Assembly (NCBI GenBank): GCA_947627485.1
Contig: CANQWF010000001.1
Span: 8,101 to 72,100 of the forward strand
Direction: 5' to 3'
DNA length: 64,000 nt
Source: an uncultured Clostridia bacterium
GTDB lineage: Bacteria; Bacillota; Clostridia; TANB77; CAG-508
Part shown: positions 8,930 through 19,352 of the stretch, in pieces
Layout: each line of letters starts with the position of its first letter
Position numbering within the stretch: position 1 is the stretch's first letter
Made by a program: the position numbers and the translations under genes
Notes under the pieces: model-generated
The model's input: the letters and a program-made list of their open reading frames with translations, nothing else
Told to the model about the DNA's origin: nothing
Database searches by the model: none

Positions 8930-8960
8930 TAAAAGTGAGCTTATAGCTCACTTTTACTAT
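8929..8960 (+). terminator. Rho-independent terminator after the SASP gene
   Basis: GTAAAAGTGAGC-TTAT-AGCTCACTTTTAC followed by a T-rich tract. Confidence 0.6.
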
Positions 8961-9190
8961 ATAAGTTTCTTTCATACAAAAGAACTTGATTTATTAAATA
9001 ATTTTATTAGTAAAGTGTTAATATAAATGAAAATTTCATACAAGTTAGTAATATAAGAATAACAAATTTTCAAAAACATATAAATATCAATGATAATAAT
9101 GTAATTGATACAATATCTTTAAAATTTTTTAATACAAATTTAGTTTTATATAAAACAACTGCTATTAATAATAAAAGTAAAAATATCATT

Positions 9191-9634
9191 TTATTTATCC
9201 TCACTATTTTTAAATATAAATAATTTACTGAAAATATAATTAGCAACAACAACTGCAACTTGAGATATTAAAGTAAATATTACTACATATAAATCTGAAT
9301 TTAATTTTAGAAGTGTCACAAAGAACCACATAATTAGCATTTCTAATAATAAAGTAGATATTCTTGCAATTATAAAACTAATAAATTCTTTTATTTTATT
9401 TTTATTTGTACTATTAAATACATAAATTCTGTTAGTAACATATGCAAATATAACTGCAATCATCCAAGATATTACTATTGATGTTTGTAGTTGAATAGGA
9501 TTCTTTGCATCTAGAAAAATAAATAATAATATATATTTTGTTCCTAAACTAACTATTGTAGTTAATACTCCAAAAATTAAATATAATATTATTTCTTTAT
9601 ATTTTTTATATAATCCTAATATCTTATTAATCAT
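9191..9634 (-). CDS. GtrA-family polysaccharide-synthesis membrane protein (putative Und-P-sugar flippase)
   Basis: ORF track, 147 aa, 4 TM helices. Confidence 0.65.
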   Translation of the reverse strand: MINKILGLYKKYKEIILYLIFGVLTTIVSLGTKYILLFIFLDAKNPIQLQTSIVISWMIAVIFAYVTNRIYVFNSTNKNKIKEFISFIIARISTLLLEMLIMWFFVTLLKLNSDLYVVIFTLISQVAVVVANYIFSKLFIFKNSEDK

Positions 9635-9652
9635 ATTTTACCTCGTATTTTT

Positions 9653-10750
9653 TTAATATTTTTTTATAATTGCATCAACTATTCTTTTACTTGCTTTTCC
9701 ATCACCATAAGGATTTGATGCTTTGCTCATTTTTTCATATTCGGATTTATTGGTTAGTAATTCTTTTGTTAATTGATATATAGTTTCTTCATCGGTTCCT
9801 GCAAGTTTTAATGTTCCTGCTTCTATTCCTTCGGGTCTCTCTGTTGTATTTCTTAATACTAAGACAGGTTTCCCAAGAGCTGGTGCTTCTTCTTGTATAC
9901 CACCACTATCTGTTAAAATTATGTAAGATTTATTTATAAAATTATGAAAGTCAATTACTTCTAATGGAGAAATTAATTTTATTTTATCATTATCTCCCAA
10001 TATTTCATTAGCAATTTTTTTAATATTTGGATTTAAATGTACAGGATATATAACTTTAACATTAGATAACTCATCAACTATTCTTTTTATTGCATTAAAC
10101 ATTCCACGCATCGGATTTCCTAAATTTTCTCTTCTATGAGCCGTAACGAGTATCAATTTATCATTTCCTACCCAGTCAAACAATTCATGATTATAATTTT
10201 GACTAATAGTTGTATCTAATGCATCTATTGCTGTATTACCAGTAACATATATTGTTTTAGGATTTTTACCTTCTTTTAACAAACTTTCCTTACTCTTTTC
10301 AGTTGGAGCAAAATGCATATCTGCTAGAACTCCAACCATTTGTCTATTCATTTCTTCAGGATATGGAGAATATTTATTCCATGTACGCAATCCTGCCTCA
10401 ACATGTCCTATATCTGTTTGGCAATAATAAGCTGCTAATGCTCCTGCAAATGTTGTAGTTGTATCTCCATGAACAAGAACAATATTAGGATTTTCTTTAT
10501 TTATTACTTCTTCTAATTTTTTCAAAACTTTGCTAGTGATATCACTTAAAGTTTGTTCGGGTTTCATTATATTTAAATCATAATCAGGTATTATATTGAA
10601 TACATTTAATACTTGATCAAGCATTTGCCTATGCTGTGCAGTTACACATACAATACATTCTATTTCATTTCTTGATTTTAATTCTTTTATTAGTGGAGCC
10701 ATTTTTATGGCTTCCGGCCTTGTGCCAAAAATTGTCATTACTTTAATCAT
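9653..10750 (-). CDS. wecB: UDP-N-acetylglucosamine 2-epimerase (non-hydrolysing). The start is the internal ATG giving MIKVMTIFGTRPEAIKMAPL with RBS AAAGGAG.
   Basis: ORF track protein; conserved N-terminus MTIFGTRPEAIKMAPL; DSGGIQEEAP motif. Confidence 0.85.
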   Translation of the reverse strand: MIKVMTIFGTRPEAIKMAPLIKELKSRNEIECIVCVTAQHRQMLDQVLNVFNIIPDYDLNIMKPEQTLSDITSKVLKKLEEVINKENPNIVLVHGDTTTTFAGALAAYYCQTDIGHVEAGLRTWNKYSPYPEEMNRQMVGVLADMHFAPTEKSKESLLKEGKNPKTIYVTGNTAIDALDTTISQNYNHELFDWVGNDKLILVTAHRRENLGNPMRGMFNAIKRIVDELSNVKVIYPVHLNPNIKKIANEILGDNDKIKLISPLEVIDFHNFINKSYIILTDSGGIQEEAPALGKPVLVLRNTTERPEGIEAGTLKLAGTDEETIYQLTKELLTNKSEYEKMSKASNPYGDGKASKRIVDAIIKKY

Positions 10751-12494
10751 GATTTTCTCCTTTCTTAAAAGGTATTGTAAGCAATAAAGGAATACAAGTA
10801 AATATTCCATATACATATCTTAATTCACAAAATACCGGTGTTGCAATAAGTATTGAAAATAATAATAAATATAGTGGTATATAGCATAATAAATATCTGA
10901 ATCTATTATTATATATAAGTATAAAAGTAGAAATTATTAAAACAAATGTAGCGGTTCCAACACTCCAAAGTAAATTACAAAAAGGAATTTTTCTAGATGT
11001 AGTAATATCTATTATTTTATTAAATTTTTCAGGAGTGATGGGGTTACAATATACATCAATATCTTTAATAGTGCTTTTGGTTTCACTACCAGTTGCCCAG
11101 TACTGTGCATTTGGATACCAATATCCTACAGTTTGTGTAAGGTATGCTTCAATATAAATCTTTGGATATTTAAATAAATTTTTAAACCAAACTTTAAAAA
11201 ACGTAAATTTTGTTTCAGATAATTTTTTGTTATTTGTTAAAGTTTTAATAGGATCTGAAATTGCTGCTGAGTATTTTTCGCCAATTAAATCAACTTCCAT
11301 TATATCAGATAAATAATTTTTAGATTCTTCATCTAATTCCTTTCCAGAAGCAATTGTTCTTGATATCTGTTGTAAAGGAATAGAATAAGCTTCAACTGTT
11401 GTAGCTTTTTGCACATTAAAATAATCAAATACTGGTCCTTTTATAATATAATAAAAAATTAATATAGAAATGTAAATAACTGAAATTAATTTTTTGTGTG
11501 ATATTTTAGAAAATAAAATAAAAGGCAGTAATAAAATACATATATAAATTCCATTATTTCTAAAAAATAATATTATCAGAATAGAAATTACTAATAATAA
11601 TATTAAAGATTTTTTTAGATTATTTTTATTATTTACTAATTGTAATAATACAATAAAAAGTAAAGAAAAAGCTCCTCCAAAAACAACATCTCTCCATAAA
11701 GTAATACTATAATAAGCATACAGTGGACTTAATGCATATATGATTGTACACAATATGCATATAAATTTTTTAAGCCCCTTTTTATATAAATATATAACTG
11801 AATAAGTAAAAATTGTTGCCATTATAATCATTTGAAAAATCATTGAAAATGCAACGGCCATATTCATATTTGAAAACATCCATTTTCCTAAAAGAAAAGG
11901 CAACCCAAAAAACCAAGTATGACCGAAAGTATGAACATCATTTAATATTCCAGAATTAGCAAAATAAATAACATAGTAAGAATCTGGAGTCATAATAGCT
12001 GGGTAAAATCTTAAAAAATATGGAATCCAACAAATTAAAATTATTCCAAGTACAATAAAAAATAATTTAAAACATTTTTTATTATTTGTAACATCTTCAT
12101 ATATTTTAACTTTATCTATATTTGAAAACATTAAAGAAAATATTCTAGAAAACATTAAAAACAACCCAATTATACAAACTATTGCATATATAGAATTTTT
12201 TAAACTAAAAATATTTACAGCACCATTATACACAAATGGGTATACTATATTTCCAATAGATAAAAAACAACTTAAAATAAATGCAAGTATATAAGAAAAT
12301 TTTTTTATTCTTGCATCATTAGACATATCAATTTTATAATAAAATAATAAAATAAAAAAGTAAGATAAAGTTATTAATATATTATAAGATTCAGATTTAA
12401 ATAAAAAGTTAAAATATATTAATAAAGAAATATAAGTTATTAAAGAACAAATTATACTTTTTATATGTTTTTTATATTTTTTTAAAATTTCCAT
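10743..12494 (-). CDS. Polytopic membrane protein (583 aa, at least 12 TM). It is a candidate GT-C-type transferase partnering the adjacent GT2/GtrA.
   Basis: ORF track; strongly hydrophobic with a long extracytoplasmic loop; no motif I can name with confidence. Confidence 0.4.
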   Translation of the reverse strand: MEILKKYKKHIKSIICSLITYISLLIYFNFLFKSESYNILITLSYFFILLFYYKIDMSNDARIKKFSYILAFILSCFLSIGNIVYPFVYNGAVNIFSLKNSIYAIVCIIGLFLMFSRIFSLMFSNIDKVKIYEDVTNNKKCFKLFFIVLGIILICWIPYFLRFYPAIMTPDSYYVIYFANSGILNDVHTFGHTWFFGLPFLLGKWMFSNMNMAVAFSMIFQMIIMATIFTYSVIYLYKKGLKKFICILCTIIYALSPLYAYYSITLWRDVVFGGAFSLLFIVLLQLVNNKNNLKKSLILLLVISILIILFFRNNGIYICILLLPFILFSKISHKKLISVIYISILIFYYIIKGPVFDYFNVQKATTVEAYSIPLQQISRTIASGKELDEESKNYLSDIMEVDLIGEKYSAAISDPIKTLTNNKKLSETKFTFFKVWFKNLFKYPKIYIEAYLTQTVGYWYPNAQYWATGSETKSTIKDIDVYCNPITPEKFNKIIDITTSRKIPFCNLLWSVGTATFVLIISTFILIYNNRFRYLLCYIPLYLLLFSILIATPVFCELRYVYGIFTCIPLLLTIPFKKGENHD

Positions 12495-12542
12495 ATGTTT
12501 CCCCCAATAAGAATGCTTTTTTAATAAATATATATTTTGGAA

Positions 12543-12890
12543 TTAAATATCTTTTTTTTCTATCTTTGCTTTTAAAATAGAAAGCTCTTGAATTAGGATT
12601 TTAATAATAGCTTGTTGTTTTGATAGGCTAATAGTTAAAATAAATATAATATAAAACAAGAAGAAAAATCCAAACAAAAATAACATATTTGATGTTGTTT
12701 CAAATCCAAACAGACTTGAAATATTTATGAAAATGTTTGGAAAAATAATTGCAATACACATTAATACTAGTATAAAAATCCAAAAGCTTCCATAACGCAT
12801 AGATATTTTTCTAGATTTTATTGTATAAATAATAAGTATAAATTGCAATAATAATATAAAAAATAAGAAAATTTTTAACGATAAATTCAT
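12543..12890 (-). CDS. DUF2304-like small membrane protein, typically co-encoded with GtrB-like GT2
   Basis: ORF track, 115 aa, 3-4 TM, directly downstream of a GT2. Confidence 0.5.
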   Translation of the reverse strand: MNLSLKIFLFFILLLQFILIIYTIKSRKISMRYGSFWIFILVLMCIAIIFPNIFINISSLFGFETTSNMLFLFGFFFLFYIIFILTISLSKQQAIIKILIQELSILKAKIEKKDI

Positions 12891-12891
12891 A

Positions 12892-13605
12892 TTACATTTC
12901 TCCTTTCTTATACATAGTTGTTATTATAATAGATATAGACACACTAAACATATAATAAAGGCTTTTAAGTGGTTTAATAGAAGATGTACCAAATTTTCTT
13001 TCATGCATTTCAACAGGAATTTCTGATACTTTTAAATTATTTCTTAGTAAAAATACTGTAGATTCTGGCTCTGGATATTCAACAGGATAATGGGAAGCAA
13101 ATAATTTTATTACTTTTTTATTTCCTGCTCTAAAGCCACTTGTAGTATCATAAATTTTTTTATTAGTACAAAGTTTTATTAATATTGATAATATTTTAAT
13201 TCCAACTTTCCTAAGTCCTGTTGATTTAAATTTGCTTAAATTTTTTATAAATCTTGAGCCAATAACAAAATCACTTCCATTTTTTATTTCATTAATTAAA
13301 TTTATAATATAATTTTCGTCATGTTGTCCATCTCCATCAAATTGTACTGCAATATCATAATCATTCTCCAAGGCATATTTATAACCAGTTTGCACTGCTC
13401 CACCTATTCCTAAATTTTGGATTAATGAAATAAATTTATAATTATTTTCTCTACATATATCTAATGTTTTATCTGTGCTTCCGTCATTGATTATTATATA
13501 ATCAATACTATATTCCGATTTTTTAGATACTGATTTTACTTTTTCTACAGTATTTTTTATATTTAATTCTTCATTATATGCAGGAATTATAATTAATACT
13601 TTCAC
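12892..13605 (-). CDS. GT2 glycosyltransferase, GtrB/Dpm1-like (polyprenyl-phosphate sugar synthase)
   Basis: ORF track; GT2 motifs IIPAYNEE...DGSTD...DGDGQHD. Confidence 0.8.
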   Translation of the reverse strand: MKVLIIIPAYNEELNIKNTVEKVKSVSKKSEYSIDYIIINDGSTDKTLDICRENNYKFISLIQNLGIGGAVQTGYKYALENDYDIAVQFDGDGQHDENYIINLINEIKNGSDFVIGSRFIKNLSKFKSTGLRKVGIKILSILIKLCTNKKIYDTTSGFRAGNKKVIKLFASHYPVEYPEPESTVFLLRNNLKVSEIPVEMHERKFGTSSIKPLKSLYYMFSVSISIIITTMYKKGEM

Positions 13606-14327
13606 TTTTTCCTCCTATTTTTACAACTATTTATTTTGAAAATATATTTTATATTACTGGTAAAAAATCTTTTAAATCGTGTTGGTTCTTTTATTAATCT
13701 ATATAACCATTCTAAATGTAGTTTTCTAAAATATTTTGGAGCTCTTTTTTTTGTACCACTTAGTACATCAAAACTTCCACCAACTCCTACAAAAATTCCT
13801 TTATCAAATTTATCTAAATTATTATATATTAATAGCTCTTGATTAGGAATACCTAAAGCGACTAAAACTACATCTGGTTTAAGTTCTTTTATTTCATTAA
13901 AAATGTTATTTTTATTTTCTACATAACCGTTTTCATATCCACATATTATAGCATTTGGATAATTACAATGTATAACGTCAACTAGTTTTTCTAAAATATC
14001 TTCTTTAGCCCCAAACAAAAAAATGCTTTTTTTAAGTTCATTACAGTATTCAAACAATTTAGAACACAAATCAACTCCAGGAATTGTTTCTATAATGTTA
14101 TATTTTAACATTTTTGAACCTTTTACAATCCCAATTCCATCTGCTATTATGGTGGTTTTATCATCGAGAATAGCAGTTTTAAAGGTTGCATTCTTTTCAG
14201 ATATCATTAATGTTTCTGGATTTGCTGTTACAATAAACATTTTATTTTCGTTTATTATATTTTCTTTTATTAAATTATAAAAATTATTTTTTTTATCTTT
14301 ATATATTTTTTCAAAATATTCTTGCAT
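13602..14327 (-). CDS. tagA: WecB/TagA/CpsF-family glycosyltransferase (N-acetylmannosaminyltransferase TagA-like)
   Basis: ORF track, 241 aa, family-typical length and GVG..FD motif region. Confidence 0.7.
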   Translation of the reverse strand: MQEYFEKIYKDKKNNFYNLIKENIINENKMFIVTANPETLMISEKNATFKTAILDDKTTIIADGIGIVKGSKMLKYNIIETIPGVDLCSKLFEYCNELKKSIFLFGAKEDILEKLVDVIHCNYPNAIICGYENGYVENKNNIFNEIKELKPDVVLVALGIPNQELLIYNNLDKFDKGIFVGVGGSFDVLSGTKKRAPKYFRKLHLEWLYRLIKEPTRFKRFFTSNIKYIFKINSCKNRRKK

Positions 14328-14347
14328 TGGTATAAAAGCTCCTTCAA

Positions 14348-15322
14348 TTAAAAACTATAATTTTTGCGATTTTTTATTTTTCTAAATAATTTATACATAT
14401 TTAATTCGAATGATTTATTTCTCATAAAAATATTACAAATTAATTTATATGCTGTGGTTTGTTTTTGAAAATATTTATTATTTTTCCAATTTGGATACTT
14501 ACTGTTAATTATATTTATTATTTTACAAATTAAATCTTCAGTGCCTTTATATCTTAAAAATCTTCCACATCCAGCATATAATAAATGATTAATATATAAA
14601 AATTCTATTTCATCATCATAACCTTTTTCTTCAAATTGTTTATAAACATATTCCATTACATTAAAAATAGCTTCAAGCTTTTTGTTATATTTAACTTGTT
14701 GCATTGTAGAATTTTGTCTAACTACATAATAATACAAAGCTTCTTCATAATAAGCAATTTTATTAGTGTATAAAGCAAGTGCAGGTATAATGGCTAAATC
14801 TTCGTAAATGCTATTTTCTAAAAATCTTATATTATTTTGCTTAAATAAATCAGATTTAATTATTTTGGAGCAGGGACCTGCAACAGATAATATATAACGT
14901 TTTTGTAAATTATCTGAGTCTACATATAAAGATTTTCTAGGTATTTTTTTATTTTTAAATTCTTCTATGTAATCACATATTACTATATCAGCATTTTCTC
15001 CTATAGCTTTTAGATAAAGTTTTTCGAACATAGTCTTTTCAATATAGTCATCGCTATCTACAAAAGAAATAAATTCTCCAGATGACATTTCAATACCTAA
15101 ATTTCTTGCTATAGCTTGTCCTTCGTTTTTTTTGCTTTTATATTTAATATTAGAATATTTTTTACCATATTGCTCTATTATATTCATAGAATTATCTGTG
15201 GAGCCATCATCAATTAAAATAATTTCAATATCATTTAATGTTTGATTTATAATGCTATCCAAACATTTGTGTAAATATTTTTCACTATTAAATATTGGAA
15301 TTACTACACTAATTTTATACAT
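14348..15322 (-). CDS. GT2 glycosyltransferase
   Basis: ORF track; VVIPIFNSEKYL...DDGSTD...DSDD. Confidence 0.75.
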   Translation of the reverse strand: MYKISVVIPIFNSEKYLHKCLDSIINQTLNDIEIILIDDGSTDNSMNIIEQYGKKYSNIKYKSKKNEGQAIARNLGIEMSSGEFISFVDSDDYIEKTMFEKLYLKAIGENADIVICDYIEEFKNKKIPRKSLYVDSDNLQKRYILSVAGPCSKIIKSDLFKQNNIRFLENSIYEDLAIIPALALYTNKIAYYEEALYYYVVRQNSTMQQVKYNKKLEAIFNVMEYVYKQFEEKGYDDEIEFLYINHLLYAGCGRFLRYKGTEDLICKIINIINSKYPNWKNNKYFQKQTTAYKLICNIFMRNKSFELNMYKLFRKIKNRKNYSF

Positions 15323-16464
15323 TATTATCTCCTATACTATCTATAAATTTGTTCCATTCTTTAGAAACATTTTCTTTTAAATATTTTTTTGCAATAGTAA
15401 GTGAATTTTCAGAAAGCAATTTCTTTTTTTCAGGATTATCTATAATATAATTAATTTTGTATGCAAAATTTTCCTTATTTCTATTAGAAATTAAGTAGCC
15501 ATTTTCGTCATTTTTTATAATTTCTTTTGCACCTTGTGCACTGTCAAAAGCAACTAATGGTAGACCGAAAACTCGCAGCTTCTACTAAAACTATTCCAAA
15601 AGATTCTGAGTGAGAAGTCATTAAATATATAGAAGAATTTAAATATTCTTTTTCCAATTCATGTGATAACTTATTACCACATAGTATAATTTTTTCTTCT
15701 AAGTTCAATCTATTTATTTTATCTTGTAGATTTTGCTTTTCTGTTCCATCTCCAATTATATGTAGTATCCAATTAGGATGATTTTTTTGAAAAATATTAA
15801 ATATATCTATCAAATCGTCAAAGCCTTTAATTTTATCTAATCTTCCAACAGATATTAATTGTTTGTTTTCAAGCGAACTGATTTCATCAGAAGTTTTTTC
15901 AATAAAATTAGGTATATATAATACTTTTGTATCTTTAACTTTGTTTTTATAAAAATCAGCTAATTCTTTTGAAACAGGCATAAAATAATCAAAACCTTTT
16001 AAAGATTTAATCACTTTTTTTATATATTTTTGGTTATTATTATGATGATTATGCTCTTGAGCTATTTTTATAATATTTTGATTACCATATTTACCAAGCC
16101 AATTATTATGTAATATTCTTGTAGATATAGCAATATCACAATCAAGAGATTTAATAGCTTTTATCATTAAATATTTTCGTAAATATAAAATTTTAATACT
16201 TTTAAATAATTCTTTAATTACACAAATTAAATTAAATTGTTTAAAATATTTTTTTAATTCTTGTTTATTAGGAGCAAGGCCTTTAATTAGATATTCTATT
16301 TCAACGTTATTATCTATATAAAAGGATGGAGTGTCACTTAATTTATAAGTTGATATTATTTTTACTTGATTTTCTTCTGATAATAAATTTGCTAAATTAC
16401 AAATAACTTTTTCTGCTCCACCAGTTCCTAAATGTAATGCTAAAATAACTATTTTTTTATTCAT
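15315..16464 (-). CDS. GT4 (GT-B) glycosyltransferase, broken by a +1 shift at an in-frame CGG (~15565-15567)
   Basis: ORF track gives the N-terminal 320 aa ending ESFGIVLVEAASFRSTISCF*. Shifting one base continues GLPLVAFDSAQGAKEIIKNDENGYLI...DSIGDNNV*, which restores the GT4 E-x7-E/G-x-P motif. The likely start is the internal MNKKIVILALHLGTGG. Confidence 0.7.
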
Positions 16465-17803
16465 TTTTTTTATCCTTTTCATAATAAAGTATTGAAAATA
16501 TTTCAAATATAATTAATACTAAAAACATACTCACAGCTGGAGCTGTAAACACATGTCCTGCCATCAATGCAATTCCAAAGCCTATTAATACTGAGTATAT
16601 TGTAAAAATTAATTTATTATTTTTTATATTATCTATAAAATTTGCAAAGAATTTTTTTATTAATATAAATATAATTATAGCAAGTGGTGCTACATAGATA
16701 ATAGTTCCAAAAACACCGTGACAGAAATATATATCAAAATAATCTATTTCTACTAATTTTCGTTCTTGAATAACATTTTTTGTTGGATACAAATATCCCA
16801 TTCCAACTAATTTATCCATAATAGAACTTTGATGGTATCTTTTAATATTAGTATTTAAAAACTTATTTCTTCCACTTAATAAAGAAGTGGCATTAGTTTT
16901 TGTATTTTCTTTCTTATTTTTTTGAGAATCTAAAGATTGATTATAATAGCTTTTTTTAAATAAGAAAGGCTCTATGCCAAAATTTTTTCCACCAGCCGTA
17001 TTTCCAACAAACAAAGTAGTAATTGTTCCTATAAGTAATACCGTAATAAATTGTTTATAAATGTTTTTACCTTCTTTTTTGAATAATTTAATAACTAAAA
17101 CAATTAATGTAAGTATTATTAAACCTATTATTGATATAAAAGATACCTTTGTTCCAACTTCTAACATTGCATAGACAGTAAGAGCACATAAAACAGCATT
17201 TATTATACTAAATTTTTGTGAAATAAATGTTGCAAAACACACCGGAGAAAGCATTGCTATAATAGCACTTATTTCATTTCCTGCATAAAACAAACCAATT
17301 GTTCCAACATTTGCTTTAAGTGGATATGTTTGATATCCAACATTAAATATTTTACAAATTACAATTGTTAATACATATATAGCAAGTGATATATTTAAAT
17401 ATTTTTGTTTTGACATATATTTTTCTTGTTTAGATAATATTAGCAGGCTAGCTAATACTATAGGGAAATAAAAAGTTTTAATAAGTCCTTTTATTTCTGC
17501 AAACAATGTAGAGAATCCATATTTTGAAATACTATTTACTAAAAAAACAACACAGTATAATGCGATAAATGAATAATATATAAGTATTTGATATTTATTT
17601 TTTTTATCTGTTTTAATAATTGTGTAAAGCATTAAATAAAGAACAAAAATAGTTCTTATAAAAACTCCGAGTGTTAATTTTTCTGATATATTTCTTACAC
17701 ATAATGAAGTTATAATATCAATTACAGGTTGCATAATTATATATAATAAAAAAATATTTGTAAAATTAATTTTTGAAATAATTTTTTTTGTTTTTTCCAT
17801 CAT
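16457..17803 (-). CDS. O-antigen polymerase/ligase-like (Wzy/WaaL family) membrane protein
   Basis: ORF track, 448 aa, about 10-12 TM with one large loop. Confidence 0.55.
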   Translation of the reverse strand: MMEKTKKIISKINFTNIFLLYIIMQPVIDIITSLCVRNISEKLTLGVFIRTIFVLYLMLYTIIKTDKKNKYQILIYYSFIALYCVVFLVNSISKYGFSTLFAEIKGLIKTFYFPIVLASLLILSKQEKYMSKQKYLNISLAIYVLTIVICKIFNVGYQTYPLKANVGTIGLFYAGNEISAIIAMLSPVCFATFISQKFSIINAVLCALTVYAMLEVGTKVSFISIIGLIILTLIVLVIKLFKKEGKNIYKQFITVLLIGTITTLFVGNTAGGKNFGIEPFLFKKSYYNQSLDSQKNKKENTKTNATSLLSGRNKFLNTNIKRYHQSSIMDKLVGMGYLYPTKNVIQERKLVEIDYFDIYFCHGVFGTIIYVAPLAIIIFILIKKFFANFIDNIKNNKLIFTIYSVLIGFGIALMAGHVFTAPAVSMFLVLIIFEIFSILYYEKDKKNE

Positions 17804-17821
17804 TACTTCTCCTCGTATATA

Positions 17822-19342
17822 TTAATGATTTACTATTTTTAATATTTTACTCACTGGTTTTTGAATTAAAGATTTTTCATAATCGTTTAATGCAAATAGC
17901 CACAATAATATTGAATATATTAATGTATATAATAAAATTTTTACTCCAATAAAAATTATATTAGAAGATGGATATATATTATTAATTAAAAGAGTAGGTA
18001 TAAAAATTATTATTATAGGAATAGACATTTTAAATATATTTTTCCAGAATTTTGGTATATTTATATTTGCCTTTTTATAATAATATATATTCATTATTAT
18101 CCATTGACCTAATAAACAGGCAAGACTTGTTCCAATTGCAGAGCCTATAGAACCAAACTTACGCGCAAGTGGTATGCTTATAAACAGATTCGCTATTGCT
18201 ATAAAAAAGTATACGACTGTTCTAAATCTATGCATATTTTTAGCTTGAAGTATATTTATTCCAACATTCTGTATTAGTGGAACAAGTGCGGGAACCATTA
18301 ATATTAATTCTGTCCAATAAGATTTATCATATCCATTTCCTGCCCAGATGTTAATAAATTCTTGCCCAAATATAATAAATCCAGTAGTTATAAGTGCCAT
18401 AATTATATATTGAAGTCTTCCCGTCTGAATAAATATATCTGATATAGTTTCATCAGATTCTTTGTTTTCAACAAGCATTGTTATTTTTGGAAGTAAAACT
18501 CCATTTATTGCAGTAGACAAAGAAATATATATTGTTTGTATTTGTGCTGCTACTGTATATATTGCAACTTCAACAGTTCCTACAACAGAACCTAAAATAA
18601 ATTGATCTATATTTAGGTTTATTTTATCAACAATTATTGCTAGAAATATAAAAAATGAATATCCAAATATTTCTTTAAGCAATTTTGTATTAAATTTTCC
18701 AAATGTAAATTTAATTTTTATTACTTTTAAGCAATATACTAAATTAATAATTAAAAAGGAAATATTTAATATTGTAGTAACAACAGTCATCGCAACAGAT
18801 TTATATCCCATATATAGTAAAGGAATCATAATGCAAGGCATCAAAATTATTCTTAATATATTAACTACTTTAGAAAAAATAAATTTTTCATATGCTGTTA
18901 TAATTGATCCAAAAATACTTAAAGGGAATGTAAATACTAAATTAATAATTAATATAATTGTCATTATTTTTGCTTTTTGTAATTCTTGAATTGTCATTGT
19001 ACCAGCAAATAATTTATCAATGTTAGCATAAAGTATTGCACCCATTATTCCAGATATAACACCAATTATAGAATAAATAATCAAAAACATTCCATTTAAT
19101 TTTGATTGTTCATCTATCTGATTTTTAACTCTATATCTTGATGTATATATAATTATAGCATTACCAAAGCCTAAATCTAGAACAGTTAAATATCCAATAA
19201 TTGATGAAATTAAAGAATATGTTCCATATTCAGATTGACCCATCATCCTTAACATTATAGGAGTATAAATTAATCCAACTAAAATGTTAAGAACAATCAC
19301 TATATAAGATAAAATACTTCCAATTTTTATTTGGCTTTTCAT
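17822..19342 (-). CDS. MOP-superfamily polysaccharide flippase (Wzx)
   Basis: ORF track, 506 aa, about 14 TM. Confidence 0.75.
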   Translation of the reverse strand: MKSQIKIGSILSYIVIVLNILVGLIYTPIMLRMMGQSEYGTYSLISSIIGYLTVLDLGFGNAIIIYTSRYRVKNQIDEQSKLNGMFLIIYSIIGVISGIMGAILYANIDKLFAGTMTIQELQKAKIMTIILIINLVFTFPLSIFGSIITAYEKFIFSKVVNILRIILMPCIMIPLLYMGYKSVAMTVVTTILNISFLIINLVYCLKVIKIKFTFGKFNTKLLKEIFGYSFFIFLAIIVDKINLNIDQFILGSVVGTVEVAIYTVAAQIQTIYISLSTAINGVLLPKITMLVENKESDETISDIFIQTGRLQYIIMALITTGFIIFGQEFINIWAGNGYDKSYWTELILMVPALVPLIQNVGINILQAKNMHRFRTVVYFFIAIANLFISIPLARKFGSIGSAIGTSLACLLGQWIIMNIYYYKKANINIPKFWKNIFKMSIPIIIIFIPTLLINNIYPSSNIIFIGVKILLYTLIYSILLWLFALNDYEKSLIQKPVSKILKIVNH

Positions 19343-19352
19343 AGTAAACTCC

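Noticed and set aside
7890-9258. Small ORFs 7890-8099 (-), 8532-8714 (-) and 9070-9258 (-), plus the upstream extension 8732-8764 of the SASP ORF
   Set aside because: They are antisense to or inside ypeB, or lie in an AT-rich spacer. The SASP RBS supports the internal ATG at 8765, not 8732.
13636-14280. Plus-strand ORFs 13636-13842 and 14023-14280 inside the tagA-like gene
   Set aside because: They are antisense to a conserved glycosyltransferase and have no motifs or RBS.
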